Of a stretch of 64,000 nt of DNA, positions 42,948 to 53,608 are shown piece after piece. The stretch's first letter is position 1; each line of letters starts with the position of its first letter. A program made the translations under genes and the position numbers. The notes below the pieces were generated by a model that ran no database searches, was not told the origin of the DNA, and saw nothing but the letters and a program-made list of their open reading frames with translations. The DNA is from Burkholderiales bacterium (GTDB taxonomy: Bacteria; Pseudomonadota; Gammaproteobacteria; Burkholderiales; Ga0077523): NCBI GenBank assembly GCA_038324085.1, contig JBBQHP010000002.1, positions 110,443 to 174,442 of the forward strand. The letters are read 5' to 3'.

Positions 42948-44587
42948 CGACACAGCCCGACTCCCTGCAGCAGACCTTCGATCGCGTATTCGACGCGCTC
43001 GAGCAGGCGCGCACGACCTTCGTGCCACGGTTGGTGGCGCGCGAGGTCGGAACCATCCTGTCGGTCGCGACCGGCATCGCCCGTGTCGGCGGTCTCCCCG
43101 GCATCGGGTTCGCTGAACTGATTCGTTTTCCCGGTGGCGTGGCCGGCATAGCCTTCAACGTCGACGCCGACGAGGTCGGCGTCGTGCTGCTCGGCGACCA
43201 TGCGCACCTGCAGGCTGGCGACACCGTCTCGCGCGAAGGCCGGGTCATGGATGTGGCGGTGGGGGAGGAATGGCTCGGGCGGGTCATCGACCCGCTCGGC
43301 AGGCCGCTCGACGGCCAGGGCACCGTCACCGGCAGCGCGCGCGTACCGATCGAGCGTCCGGCGCCCGCAATCCTGGATCGTGCACCGGTCGCCGAGCCGT
43401 TGCAGACAGGTCTCAAGGTGATCGACGCACTCATTCCCATCGGCCGCGGCCAGCGCGAACTGATCCTGGGAGATCGCCAGACGGGCAAGACGTCCATCGC
43501 CATCGATACCATCATCAATCAGCGCGGTCGCGACGTCGTGTGCGTCTATTGCGCGATCGGCCAGCGCGCATCGGCCGTGGCCAAGGCGGTGGCCGTATTG
43601 CGGGAACACGGCGCGCTGGCCCATACGGTGGTGATGGTGGCGGAGGGCAGCGATGCGCCCGGGTTGTCGTACATCGCCCCGTATGCCGCGACCAGCATCG
43701 CCGAGCATTTCATGGAGGGGGGGCGCGACGTCCTGATCGTCTATGACGATCTCACGCAGCATGCGCGCTCGTATCGCGAGCTCTCGCTGCTGCTCGGGCG
43801 ACCGCCGGGGCGCGAAGCGTTTCCCGGCGACATTTTCTACATTCATTCACGGCTGCTGGAGCGTGCCACGCACCTGAACGAGCGGCGCGGCGGCGGCTCG
43901 CTCACCGCGCTGCCCATCATCGAGACCGAAGCGCAGGTCATCTCGGCCTACATCCCGACCAACCTCATTTCCATCACCGACGGTCAGATCTATCTGTCAC
44001 CGACCTTGTTTCAGCTCGGCGTGCTGCCGGCGGTGGATGTGGGCAGATCGGTTTCGCGCGTGGGTGGGAAGGCGCAGCTCGCGGCATTCAGGGCGGTCGC
44101 GGGCGACCTCAAACTCGCTTATGCGCAATTCGAAGAACTCGAAAGCTTTGCCCGCTTCGGCGCCCATCTGGACGACGACACCCAGCGGTCCATCACGCAC
44201 GGGCAGCGCATCCGGGCCTGTCTGAAACAGCCTGAACTGGTCCCGGTTCCGGTACCGGCACAGATCGCCGTGGTCCTGGCGTTGACCGGCGGCCTGTTCG
44301 ACCCGATTCCGATCGATCAGATGATCGACGCGGAACGCGCCGTGCGGGAGGCCGCCGGGAAGTCCATCCCCGATGCCGTGACCGAGCGTCTCCTGAGCGC
44401 CGGCAAGCTGACCGCCGCCGACCGCGACACGATCGTCGCACTCGCCCGGGAGGCGATTGCCGCTTTTGTGCCGCCAGCCGATGCCGACGAGTCAGGATCG
44501 GGAAAACAGGACGGCCATGAATCCAAGGTCGCTCCGACGCTTGCCGCGCCCGGGACGCGCGACAGTGCAACGAGGACATCGAACTGA
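42944..44587 (+). CDS. atpA: N-type F1 ATPase alpha subunit
   Basis: TTG start overlapping the atpF TGA. Walker [18 protein letters not shown] and [12 protein letters not shown] motifs. Has a roughly 40-aa acidic/Ser-rich C-terminal tail. Confidence 0.92.
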   Translation: MTTQPDSLQQTFDRVFDALEQARTTFVPRLVAREVGTILSVATGIARVGGLPGIGFAELIRFPGGVAGIAFNVDADEVGVVLLGDHAHLQAGDTVSREGRVMDVAVGEEWLGRVIDPLGRPLDGQGTVTGSARVPIERPAPAILDRAPVAEPLQTGLKVIDALIPIGRGQRELILGDRQTGKTSIAIDTIINQRGRDVVCVYCAIGQRASAVAKAVAVLREHGALAHTVVMVAEGSDAPGLSYIAPYAATSIAEHFMEGGRDVLIVYDDLTQHARSYRELSLLLGRPPGREAFPGDIFYIHSRLLERATHLNERRGGGSLTALPIIETEAQVISAYIPTNLISITDGQIYLSPTLFQLGVLPAVDVGRSVSRVGGKAQLAAFRAVAGDLKLAYAQFEELESFARFGAHLDDDTQRSITHGQRIRACLKQPELVPVPVPAQIAVVLALTGGLFDPIPIDQMIDAERAVREAAGKSIPDAVTERLLSAGKLTAADRDTIVALAREAIAAFVPPADADESGSGKQDGHESKVAPTLAAPGTRDSATRTSN

Positions 44588-44703
44588 TGCGTCCGAATCG
44601 CCGTTTCGGCCCGCTCTGTGATCGCATCGGCGGGGGTGAGCCGATCGGTCCGACAACCCTGCAGCACTGTCCGGCGATTGCGCGGCCGGTCGTGCACGCC
44701 TGA

Positions 44704-46170
<1,467 letters not shown>

Positions 46171-46340
46171 TCGCCGCGCGCTGCGATGCTGCATTGCATC
46201 CGGCACGATTCGTCACGTAACAGATTGGGCAAGCGAGAGTTCGCGCGCGCGACGGCGGGTTCGATTGTGCGCTGCCCAGTGATGGTCTAGAGTGCCGGCC
46301 CAGTTGCGGTTACTCACAAAACAGGCTTGGCGAGGATCTC

Positions 46341-47081
46341 ATGAGACTGAAGGGCAAGGTGTCCATCATCACCGGCGGCGGGCGGGGCATCGGCCAGGCG
46401 ACGGTGCTCAAGTTCGCGCGCGAAGGCGCGGCGGTCGTGATCTGCGACGTCGACCAGCCCTCCATAGATGACACGCTCGGTCAGGTCCGGGCGCAGGGCA
46501 ACGAAGCGATCGGTTTCATCGTCGACGTGACCAAGCGCCCCAGCATCGACGCAATGGTCGCGGGCGTGATGGCCAAGCACGGCCGGATCGACGTGCTGGT
46601 CAACAATGCAGGCATCGTGATGGATGCGCAATTGAAGAAGATGTCGGACGCCGCCTTCGACCGGGTGATCGATGTCAATCTGAAAGGCACCTACAACTGC
46701 ACGCGCGCGGTCGTCGACATCATGATCGGGCAAGCCTCGGGAGTGATCCTCAACGCGTCGTCGATCGTGGGGATTTTCGGCAACTTCGGCCAGACGAACT
46801 ACGCCGCGAGCAAGTTCGCGGTCATCGGGATGGTCAAGACCTGGGCGCGCGAACTGGGCGCAAAGGGGATCCGGGCGAATGCCGTGTGCCCCGGATTCGT
46901 CGAGACCTCCATCCTGAGTTCCATCCCCGACAAGGTTCTCGATACCATGCGCGCGCGGGTTCCGATGGGACGCCTCGGCAAACCGGAGGACATCGCCAAC
47001 GCCTACGCATTTCTCGCCTCGGACGAGGCGAGTTACATCAACGGCGCGGTGATCGAAGTGAGCGGCGGTGCCACGATCTGA
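46341..47081 (+). CDS. Classical short-chain dehydrogenase/reductase (FabG-like)
   Basis: TGGGRGIG cofactor motif, NNAG, and the catalytic YAASK motif. Confidence 0.88.
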   Translation: MRLKGKVSIITGGGRGIGQATVLKFAREGAAVVICDVDQPSIDDTLGQVRAQGNEAIGFIVDVTKRPSIDAMVAGVMAKHGRIDVLVNNAGIVMDAQLKKMSDAAFDRVIDVNLKGTYNCTRAVVDIMIGQASGVILNASSIVGIFGNFGQTNYAASKFAVIGMVKTWARELGAKGIRANAVCPGFVETSILSSIPDKVLDTMRARVPMGRLGKPEDIANAYAFLASDEASYINGAVIEVSGGATI

Positions 47082-47086
47082 ACCCG

Positions 47087-48142
47087 TCAGAGCGCGCCCG
47101 CGATCAGCGCTCGCAGCGATTCCGAGTCGGGCCGGTCGACGATTCCAGCCTCGGTGATCAAGGCACTCACGAGCCCCGCCGGGGTCACGTCGAAAGCGGG
47201 GTTGAAGACCGGAACCCCGAGCGGGGCCCAGACCTCGCTCCCGTAGCCCGCCACTTCGTCGCGCGGACGCTCCTCGATCGGGATGGCGGCACCGTCGGCC
47301 GCGGCCAGATCGATCGTCGAGAGCGGACAGGCGACGTAGAAGGGGATCCCGTGCCGTCGCGCCATGACGGCGAGAGGATAGGTACCGATCTTGTTGGCGA
47401 CGTCGCCGTTGGCGGCTACGCGGTCCGCGCCGACGATGACCAGATCGATGCGGCCTTGTGCCAACAGGTGACCGGCGGCAACGTCGGGGAGCAGCGTGAC
47501 CGGGATCCCGTCCTGCTGCAGTTCCCAGGCGGTGAGGCGGGCGCCTTGCAGCACGGGGCGGGTCTCATCGGCGAATACGCTGACAGCCTTGCCTGATTCC
47601 ACGGCGGAGCGGATCACGCCCAGTGCAGTGCCGTGGCCCGCCGTGGCGAGCGCGCCCGCGTTGCAGTGCGTGAGGATGCGTGCACCGTCGGGCACGCGTA
47701 CCGCGCCAATCGATCCCATGCGCCGATTCGCATCGACGTCGGCGGCGAGCATCCGGTGCGCTTCCGCCAGCAGTTTGTCTGCGGTGTCCGCCGGCGCGCG
47801 TGACCCGGCAGACTGCCACACCGTGCGCATGCGTTCGAGCGCCCAGAAGAGGTTCACGGCCGTCGGGCGGCTCGCGGCGAGGCGATCGAAGGCGAGCGTT
47901 AGCGACGTCGCGAACGGTTCCGCCGCCCTGGCGCGCAGGCGCAGCGCTTCCACCGCGACGCCGTAGGCCGCCGCGCAACCGATCGCTGGGGCGCCACGGA
48001 CGGCCAGCCGACGAATGCTCTCGGCGACGCCGGCAGCGTCGCTCAGAGTCAGGTAGCGCACCGCATTGGGCAATTCGCGCTGGTCGAGAATGCGCACGCC
48101 GACGTCCGGGAGCCATTCGATGGTCCGAAATGCGGGCGTCAT
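47087..48142 (-). CDS. mtnA: S-methyl-5-thioribose-1-phosphate isomerase (MtnA / eIF-2B alpha/beta/delta family; could be a DrdI-like 5-deoxyribose-1-P isomerase)
   Basis: 351 aa. LAVRGAPAIG, THCNAGALAT and GADRVAANGDVANKIGTY are hallmark MtnA motifs. Confidence 0.9.
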   Translation of the reverse strand: MTPAFRTIEWLPDVGVRILDQRELPNAVRYLTLSDAAGVAESIRRLAVRGAPAIGCAAAYGVAVEALRLRARAAEPFATSLTLAFDRLAASRPTAVNLFWALERMRTVWQSAGSRAPADTADKLLAEAHRMLAADVDANRRMGSIGAVRVPDGARILTHCNAGALATAGHGTALGVIRSAVESGKAVSVFADETRPVLQGARLTAWELQQDGIPVTLLPDVAAGHLLAQGRIDLVIVGADRVAANGDVANKIGTYPLAVMARRHGIPFYVACPLSTIDLAAADGAAIPIEERPRDEVAGYGSEVWAPLGVPVFNPAFDVTPAGLVSALITEAGIVDRPDSESLRALIAGAL

Positions 48143-49638
48143 GCTGACCCCGGAGGCGCCAACGTCATCACCTCATGGAGAAATGGCAATCCCCGCCACG
48201 CCGGTTCGCGGGAGACGACGAAGTCGATCCCGCCGAATGCGAAGACTGCCTCGGTCAGCGCGGCAGGGTCCGAGAGCATGCTCTGGGGCAGGCAGAACAC
48301 GCCCTCGTGCGGGTCGGCGACCGGGCCGACGCGCACCACCGCAGCGCCCCGGGCGAGGAGTTCGTCGACTTGCGCTTGCGAATCCGACAGCACGAGGGCG
48401 ATCCTGCCGAGCAATGGCAGATCCTGTGCAGCCCGGGCGCGCAGCTGCCTGTCGAAACCACCGTAGTGGATCTCGGCCAGCAGCACTGCGTCCGGATCCA
48501 GCGAAACGTAGCGATCGTGGGCCGACGCGCGCGAGATGATGCGGATATCGTGACGATAGATGTCGGCCGTGATTCGGGCGTTGCGCGCATCGACGCTGGC
48601 CGCCACCAGGCCGAATTCCGGATCGAGGACGATGCGCGGTGCCGGATCGGGGAGCAGACGCGCAGGCGTGGAGGGCGGGCCGAAGCGCGTCAGATAGGCT
48701 CGATAGTCGTGGGCATATCGAGGCACGTCCCGACCCAGCAGCGGCAGTCGTTTGGTGAAGACCGCGTGCTGGGGAGTGGGCGGTCCCTGCAGCGCGATCT
48801 CGGCGAGATCGCAGCGCGCGGCGTAGCCCATGACCTCGGCATCGGTAGCCACGTTCAGCACCATGGGATAGCCGGCGGCAGCGCTCAGCTCCGCCCTGAG
48901 TCGTGCCAAGGCGAGCGCTGATGCAGGCGTGCGTGCCGGGGCCGCCGCGCACCGCAGCTGCCAGGAATTGCGCGATCGGAGGTGGTCCTCGGCCCTGCCG
49001 ACCAGTGCAAGCATGTTCTGATAGGCGGCGCGCGCATCGTTCGCGAAGGCAATGGCGCCGTGGAACTCCAGGATCAGACCGATCGTGCGGTCGGTGCCGA
49101 AGCGCCGCAAGGTATCCACGCATGCCTTCGCGAGCTCGAACCCCGAATGTCGAAACGGCACGAGCGGGGCGAGATCACCGTACACGTCGCGGGCGATCGA
49201 TCGACCGCGCGCCGTGTTTATCAACGCGAGAATGCTGTCGGCGTGCGTGTGCTCAACGTGTGTTGCGGGCATTGCTGCATGCAGCAGTGTCTCGATCGAG
49301 GGCCTGGGCGCGTCCGGGCGCAGCTTGAGCGGTTCGAGCGCGTCCATCATCTCGTCGTTACCGAGTGTCTCGCGATCGAGCAGCCGCTTCACCGGCCCCA
49401 GCGCAAGCGGCGTGAAATCTGCGGGCTTCACGGCAGCGAGATCAGCACCGGTGCCCTTGACGTAGAGGCAATCGATGGAAGTGCCATCGCTGCGCGACCA
49501 GAGGCCCTTCAAGGAGGTATTGCCGCCCCCCATCAGGACGAGATCGGGATCGGCGCCGAGCAGGCGCGACGAGTAGGCTCTGAGTTCGAGCGCGCCGTCG
49601 CACCGCGATGCCGCCAAGTCGTTCCAGTGAGAATGCAT
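48139..49638 (-). CDS. Class II aldolase/adducin domain protein related to 'bifunctional aldolase/short-chain dehydrogenase', with a truncated, degenerate SDR tail
   Basis: ATG at 49638 inside the spurious 957-aa ORF. LMGGGNTSLK, metal-ligand HVEHTHAD and EFHGAIAF motifs are present. The C-terminal GRIALVLSDS...FGGIDFVVS resembles an SDR N-terminal half lacking GxxxGxG and YxxxK. Stop overlaps the mtnA start (ATGA). Confidence 0.75.
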   Translation of the reverse strand: MHSHWNDLAASRCDGALELRAYSSRLLGADPDLVLMGGGNTSLKGLWSRSDGTSIDCLYVKGTGADLAAVKPADFTPLALGPVKRLLDRETLGNDEMMDALEPLKLRPDAPRPSIETLLHAAMPATHVEHTHADSILALINTARGRSIARDVYGDLAPLVPFRHSGFELAKACVDTLRRFGTDRTIGLILEFHGAIAFANDARAAYQNMLALVGRAEDHLRSRNSWQLRCAAAPARTPASALALARLRAELSAAAGYPMVLNVATDAEVMGYAARCDLAEIALQGPPTPQHAVFTKRLPLLGRDVPRYAHDYRAYLTRFGPPSTPARLLPDPAPRIVLDPEFGLVAASVDARNARITADIYRHDIRIISRASAHDRYVSLDPDAVLLAEIHYGGFDRQLRARAAQDLPLLGRIALVLSDSQAQVDELLARGAAVVRVGPVADPHEGVFCLPQSMLSDPAALTEAVFAFGGIDFVVSREPAWRGLPFLHEVMTLAPPGSA

Positions 49639-49677
49639 GGTGCCTGTGCGAAAGTGGGGACGATTATACTGAGCCGC

Positions 49678-50142
49678 ATGTCGGGTATCGGCGGCGGGAT
49701 TCGGGTGCGTCTGGTCTCGTGGCAGCAAGCCGCGGAGGCCCTGGCTCTGGTTCGCCGTGCGGTATTCATCGAGGAGCAGGGCGTCCCTGAAGCGCTCGAA
49801 TGGGACAATGCCGACGCGGATGCGTTGCACGCCCTGGCCGTAGCGGGCGCAGACGTGCCGATCGGGTGCGCCCGCCTGCTGTCGGATGGGCACATCGGTC
49901 GCGTTGCCGTGTTGCAGGCATGGCGTGGACGAGGGGTCGGCCAGGCGCTGCTGCAGGCCATGCTGGATACTGCGCGGGCCCGGAGCATCGCGGTGGCCCG
50001 CCTGAACGCTCAGGTCCACGCGCTCGAGTTCTATCGGCGTTCGGGCTTCGAGGTACACGGCGACGTATTTGATGACGCCGGCATCCCGCACCGGGCGATG
50101 GTGCTGAATCTCACGCTGAGGGCGCGCGTGCCGCAAAGGTAG
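49678..50142 (+). CDS. GNAT family N-acetyltransferase (YjcF-like)
   Basis: ATG at 49678. VRRAVFIEEQGVP..E.D and the acetyl-CoA motif RGRGVGQALLQ. Confidence 0.75.
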   Translation: MSGIGGGIRVRLVSWQQAAEALALVRRAVFIEEQGVPEALEWDNADADALHALAVAGADVPIGCARLLSDGHIGRVAVLQAWRGRGVGQALLQAMLDTARARSIAVARLNAQVHALEFYRRSGFEVHGDVFDDAGIPHRAMVLNLTLRARVPQR

Positions 50143-50231
50143 CTGGCGAACCCGCGATCGCCTCCGGGTGACGCCGTGCGACTGCCGGGCTTCGAGGCGG
50201 CGCGGCCGCAATCGGGGACGGGCGCGAGGAT

Positions 50232-51014
50232 TCAGATCGCGATCGGTGCGGCCAGGCGGCATTCGCGGCGAACATCGCCTTCCACCGTGCCGGTGGGACC
50301 GAAGGTGCGTTCGAGAAAACTCGCGCGGCCGGATGCATCGATCGTGACGATCGTGGATGCGCGAGTGCCATAGTCGTCGGCACGAATGAAGATGGGCGAG
50401 AGCACGCGTTCCCACTCGAGGCTGACGCCGGTGGCGGGAAGCTCGTCGTCGGCAGCGCGGGCGTCGTCGCGCAGTACCGCCAGCAACTCGGGCTCCAGTC
50501 GCTCCACGTCGCTGGAAAGTGCGCGTTCCATGGCGCGCGTGGCACGAAGGACCTTGGGCCACGGTGTACCGATGAGGTGGTTGCTGAGGCCATGCACCCC
50601 TGTGCCGAGTCGTTGCGGGGAGGCCCCACGGTTGGAGCCGTACCAGATCCCCGTGGCATCGGCGACGAGCAGGTTGAAACCGTCGTAGGCGTCGCCGTTC
50701 GCGAGGGTGGTCGTGATGTACTCGGAGGCGCTGAGGGGTCGTCGCACGAAGTCGCTCACCAGCGCTCCTCGCGAAGGCGCCGCAGCGCGGCGACGGGAAG
50801 GGTCGCGATAGTTGGTCACCGCCGCCAGTGCGCCCCGCCCGGACAGCGCGAGCCACGATCCGCCTTTTTCCAGGTCGCGGCCTCCGAATACCTCCGGCGC
50901 GTCGTCCCAGCTTTGCGCCCGCGCCGTGGGCCGGGCGTGGAATTCGTCCCGGTTCGCGGCGACGATCACGGGGAATCGGGGATGGACGCCCAATGCGAGC
51001 AGGATCAGGCACAC
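50232..51014 (-). CDS. NRDE family protein (TANGO2/DUF833-like)
   Basis: GTG at 51014 gives (M)CLILLALG, the family-typical N-terminus with Cys2. AANRDEF is the eponymous NRDE motif. Confidence 0.75.
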   Translation of the reverse strand: MCLILLALGVHPRFPVIVAANRDEFHARPTARAQSWDDAPEVFGGRDLEKGGSWLALSGRGALAAVTNYRDPSRRRAAAPSRGALVSDFVRRPLSASEYITTTLANGDAYDGFNLLVADATGIWYGSNRGASPQRLGTGVHGLSNHLIGTPWPKVLRATRAMERALSSDVERLEPELLAVLRDDARAADDELPATGVSLEWERVLSPIFIRADDYGTRASTIVTIDASGRASFLERTFGPTGTVEGDVRRECRLAAPIAI

Positions 51015-51018
51015 GTCG

Positions 51019-51300
51019 TCAATCCCGGAAACATTCCACGGTGCGACCGGAGCCCCGGATGAGATGCTCGGCCAACCCGGTTTCCGCACCCGCGCGCGCG
51101 AGGGTCGCCTCGAACGGCCCGCGCTCGACGACGTTCTCATAGATTTCCATCCAGAGCTCGGGCTCGTCGGTGCGGATGACGGTACGCCCCTCGACGCCGG
51201 TGGCGCGAGCCAGGTCTAGCTGCAGGCGCGCGACCAGGGCGCGGGCCGTGTCGCGGGCTTCAGGGCGAACCCGGTAGTACACATAGAAGTGGTATGCCAT
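51019..51300 (-). CDS. DUF4936 family small protein
   Basis: ATG at 51300, 93 aa. MAYHFYVYYRV...W.EIY pattern recalled for DUF4936. Flanked at 1-4 nt distance by ygfZ and the NRDE gene. Confidence 0.6.
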   Translation of the reverse strand: MAYHFYVYYRVRPEARDTARALVARLQLDLARATGVEGRTVIRTDEPELWMEIYENVVERGPFEATLARAGAETGLAEHLIRGSGRTVECFRD

Positions 51301-51301
51301 C

Positions 51302-52300
51302 TCATGTCGCCGCGTGCACCGGTACCAGATCCTCAAGCGCAGGGCTGTCGCCGGCCGGATGCACGCTGCCTGCTTTTGCTGATTCGTTGTCGACCACCGC
51401 GAGAACATGGACCGTCCCATCGCCGGCCGGCGCCGATCCGACGATGTGGCCAACGGCCTGGTCGGGCCGATGGCGGCTGGAAAGCGGCGTCCCCGGCGCG
51501 ATCTCGACCGGTGCGCGGGCGCGGTACAGGCGGCGCTTGACCGCACCGAGGTATTGCGACCGGGCGACGATCTCCTGACCCGGGTAGCAGCCTTTGCTGA
51601 AGCTCACGCCGCCCAGCCGTTCGAGATCGACCATCTGGGGAATGAAGAGATCCTGGGTGGCCGCGACGATCCAGGGAATACCCTCGTCGAGGTCGAAACT
51701 GGCCCAGACTCGGGGCGGCGCCGGCCGGATGTGTCGATACAGCATGCCGCGCAGGCGAGTCGCATCGGCGTCCGCATCGCCGGCAAAATGGCAGTGCCAG
51801 CGCCCGGAACCGGCCTCGATGAGGAGTCCGCCGTCGAACGCGTGCGCGCTTCCTGGCCCCGGCAAAATGCCCGGGCGCCAGATCTCCAACACCCGGGCGC
51901 CACCAGTGCCCGCAATGCCCAGTCCGATTGGCGAGCCGGACCAGGCGCCGATGGTGACCTTGGCTCGGAGCACGAATCGTCGCAACCGGGAGATCAGGTC
52001 GGCCGCGATGTCGGCTGACGTCTCCACGAGAAAACCGTTGGTGGTCCTGATCAGGCGCAGCAATGCGACGAGGCGCCCCTTGGGACCGCAATAACCGTCC
52101 CACTGCCAGTGGCCGGGGACGAGGGTGGTCACGTCATTGGTGAACTGCGCCTGCAGGAAGGCGGCCGCATCGGTTCCGTCGATCGAAATCAGCGCGAGGT
52201 GTGGCAGTTCGGCGCTGATGCCTGAGCCGGAAAGCTCCGGATCCAGCTCACCGGGACTGGCGGCAGCGGCGTCCGGCGCGAATTGCCTGGGATCGTTCAT
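51302..52300 (-). CDS. ygfZ: Folate-binding protein YgfZ (CAF17 family, Fe-S cluster maintenance / tRNA modification)
   Basis: 332 aa. Contains GTDAAAFLQAQFTNDV and the conserved C-terminal FSKGCYPGQEIVAR motif. Confidence 0.85.
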   Translation of the reverse strand: MNDPRQFAPDAAAASPGELDPELSGSGISAELPHLALISIDGTDAAAFLQAQFTNDVTTLVPGHWQWDGYCGPKGRLVALLRLIRTTNGFLVETSADIAADLISRLRRFVLRAKVTIGAWSGSPIGLGIAGTGGARVLEIWRPGILPGPGSAHAFDGGLLIEAGSGRWHCHFAGDADADATRLRGMLYRHIRPAPPRVWASFDLDEGIPWIVAATQDLFIPQMVDLERLGGVSFSKGCYPGQEIVARSQYLGAVKRRLYRARAPVEIAPGTPLSSRHRPDQAVGHIVGSAPAGDGTVHVLAVVDNESAKAGSVHPAGDSPALEDLVPVHAAT

Positions 52301-52391
52301 GGTCTGCGTCGGGGAGGGCCTGGCGGCCCGGACAGGGCCACAGCATGATTGCGCAAATTATAATCGGCGCGGACTCGAAGCGAGGGGCAAC

Positions 52392-52862
52392 ATGTTCGCA
52401 GGCGACCGAATATCGCTTTCACTCCATGCGTCCCGCCGCCTTGGACTGTTGCTCGGTGCGGGCCATGGAGTCGCGGCAGGGGTGCCCTGGACCTTGGCAC
52501 TGCCCTGGTGGCTCGCGCTGGCCGCCAGTGCGGCCATCCTGGCTCTAGGAGCGAATGCCATCGCGCGGGAGGCCGCGCGCCGGCTGCCGTCATCGATCGT
52601 CCATCTGGAACTGGAGACCGACGGCACCGTCACCGCGGTCTTTCGATCCGGGGGGGTCGCGCCGTTCACCATTGGCGCCGGGGCGACGGTCGTGCCATGG
52701 GGCGTGGTGATCAGCCTGGTCCCCCAAGCTGGCCGGCAACGTGGCGTGGTCGTGTTCCCGGACGCTTGCAGCGGGGAGGACTTTCGCCGGCTGAAAGTGT
52801 TCCTGCGCTGGCGGCTCGGTGTCCACGCGGGGCCTGACGCGACAGCGAAAGAGAACGCCTGA
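52392..52862 (+). CDS. YgfX/CptA-like inner-membrane protein (tentative)
   Basis: ATG at 52392. Two TM helices followed by a roughly 90-aa soluble part ending in FRRLKVFLRW. The architecture resembles E. coli YgfX, and the gene is divergent from ygfZ as in E. coli. Confidence 0.45.
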   Translation: MFAGDRISLSLHASRRLGLLLGAGHGVAAGVPWTLALPWWLALAASAAILALGANAIAREAARRLPSSIVHLELETDGTVTAVFRSGGVAPFTIGAGATVVPWGVVISLVPQAGRQRGVVVFPDACSGEDFRRLKVFLRWRLGVHAGPDATAKENA

Positions 52863-52888
52863 ACTTATCCCGAGCCGGCCAGTCTGTA
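52861..52888 (+). promoter_or_regulatory. Candidate sigma-E (AlgU/RpoE)-dependent autoregulated promoter GAACTT-N16-TCTGTA upstream of rpoE
   Basis: Close match to the GAACTT-N16/17-TCTGA consensus of RpoE/AlgU promoters, about 120 nt upstream of the rpoE ATG. Confidence 0.45.
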
Positions 52889-53006
52889 GCCGGGTGTACG
52901 CGGGTCAATTGCATACCCTGAACGCTGCGAGGTGGGTGTTATACTCGCCGCCCTTTTCGGACGGCACTCGCCGCCACAATCAAGCAAGTGGTTCAGGATA
53001 TGGCTC

Positions 53007-53606
53007 ATGGGTGATCGCGAGATCGATCAGCAGCTGGTCGAGCGGGCCCAGCGGGGGGACAAGCGTGCCTTCGAAATGCTGGTTGCGAAGTATCAGCGCA
53101 AGCTCGGCCGGCTATTGTCGCGGTTCATCCGGGATCACGCTGAGGTGGAGGACGTTGCCCAGGAAGCGTTCATAAAGGCGTACCGGGCGCTGCCCTCGTT
53201 CAGGGGCGACAGTGCCTTCTATACGTGGTTGTACCGGATCGGGATCAATACGGCGAAGAACTACCTCGTCGCGATGGGCCGGCGCGCGCCCACAACTACG
53301 GGATTCGACAGCGAAGAGGCAGAAAATTTCGACGACGGCGATCAGTTGAGGGATGTCAACACGCCTGAGGCGGAACTGATGAGCAAGCAGATCGCAAGCA
53401 CGGTGAACGAAACCATGCAAGCGTTGCCAGAGGAATTGCGTACGGCGATCACGCTGCGGGAGATAGAGGGTCTCTCGTACGAGGATATCGCCACGATCAT
53501 GAATTGCCCGATCGGGACAGTGCGATCCCGGATCTTCAGGGCCCGGGAGACGATCGCGGAGAAGCTGCGGCCGTTGTTGGGAACGAGCAAGGACAAGAGG
53601 TGGTGA
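53007..53606 (+). CDS. rpoE: RNA polymerase sigma factor RpoE (ECF sigma-24, AlgU-like)
   Basis: ATG at 53007. QQLVERAQRGDKRAFEMLVAKYQRK, FYTWLYRIGINTAKN and the region 4 HTH YEDIATIMNCPIGTVRSRIFRAR. Confidence 0.93.
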   Translation: MGDREIDQQLVERAQRGDKRAFEMLVAKYQRKLGRLLSRFIRDHAEVEDVAQEAFIKAYRALPSFRGDSAFYTWLYRIGINTAKNYLVAMGRRAPTTTGFDSEEAENFDDGDQLRDVNTPEAELMSKQIASTVNETMQALPEELRTAITLREIEGLSYEDIATIMNCPIGTVRSRIFRARETIAEKLRPLLGTSKDKRW

Positions 53607-53608
53607 CG

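Noticed and set aside
46245-46275. GGGTTCGATT motif suggesting a tRNA T-arm in the tadA-SDR spacer (a similar GGGTTCGACC lies at about 45655)
   Set aside because: The flanking bases do not pair into a T-stem, and no acceptor or anticodon arms can be drawn. I found no tRNA gene.
48139-51012. 957-aa minus-strand ORF spanning the aldolase, GNAT and NRDE regions
   Set aside because: Only the C-terminal 499 codons (from ATG 49638) look like a real protein, with an aldolase domain. The upstream 458 codons are Arg/Pro-rich, run antisense to the GNAT gene, and overlap the NRDE gene in another frame.
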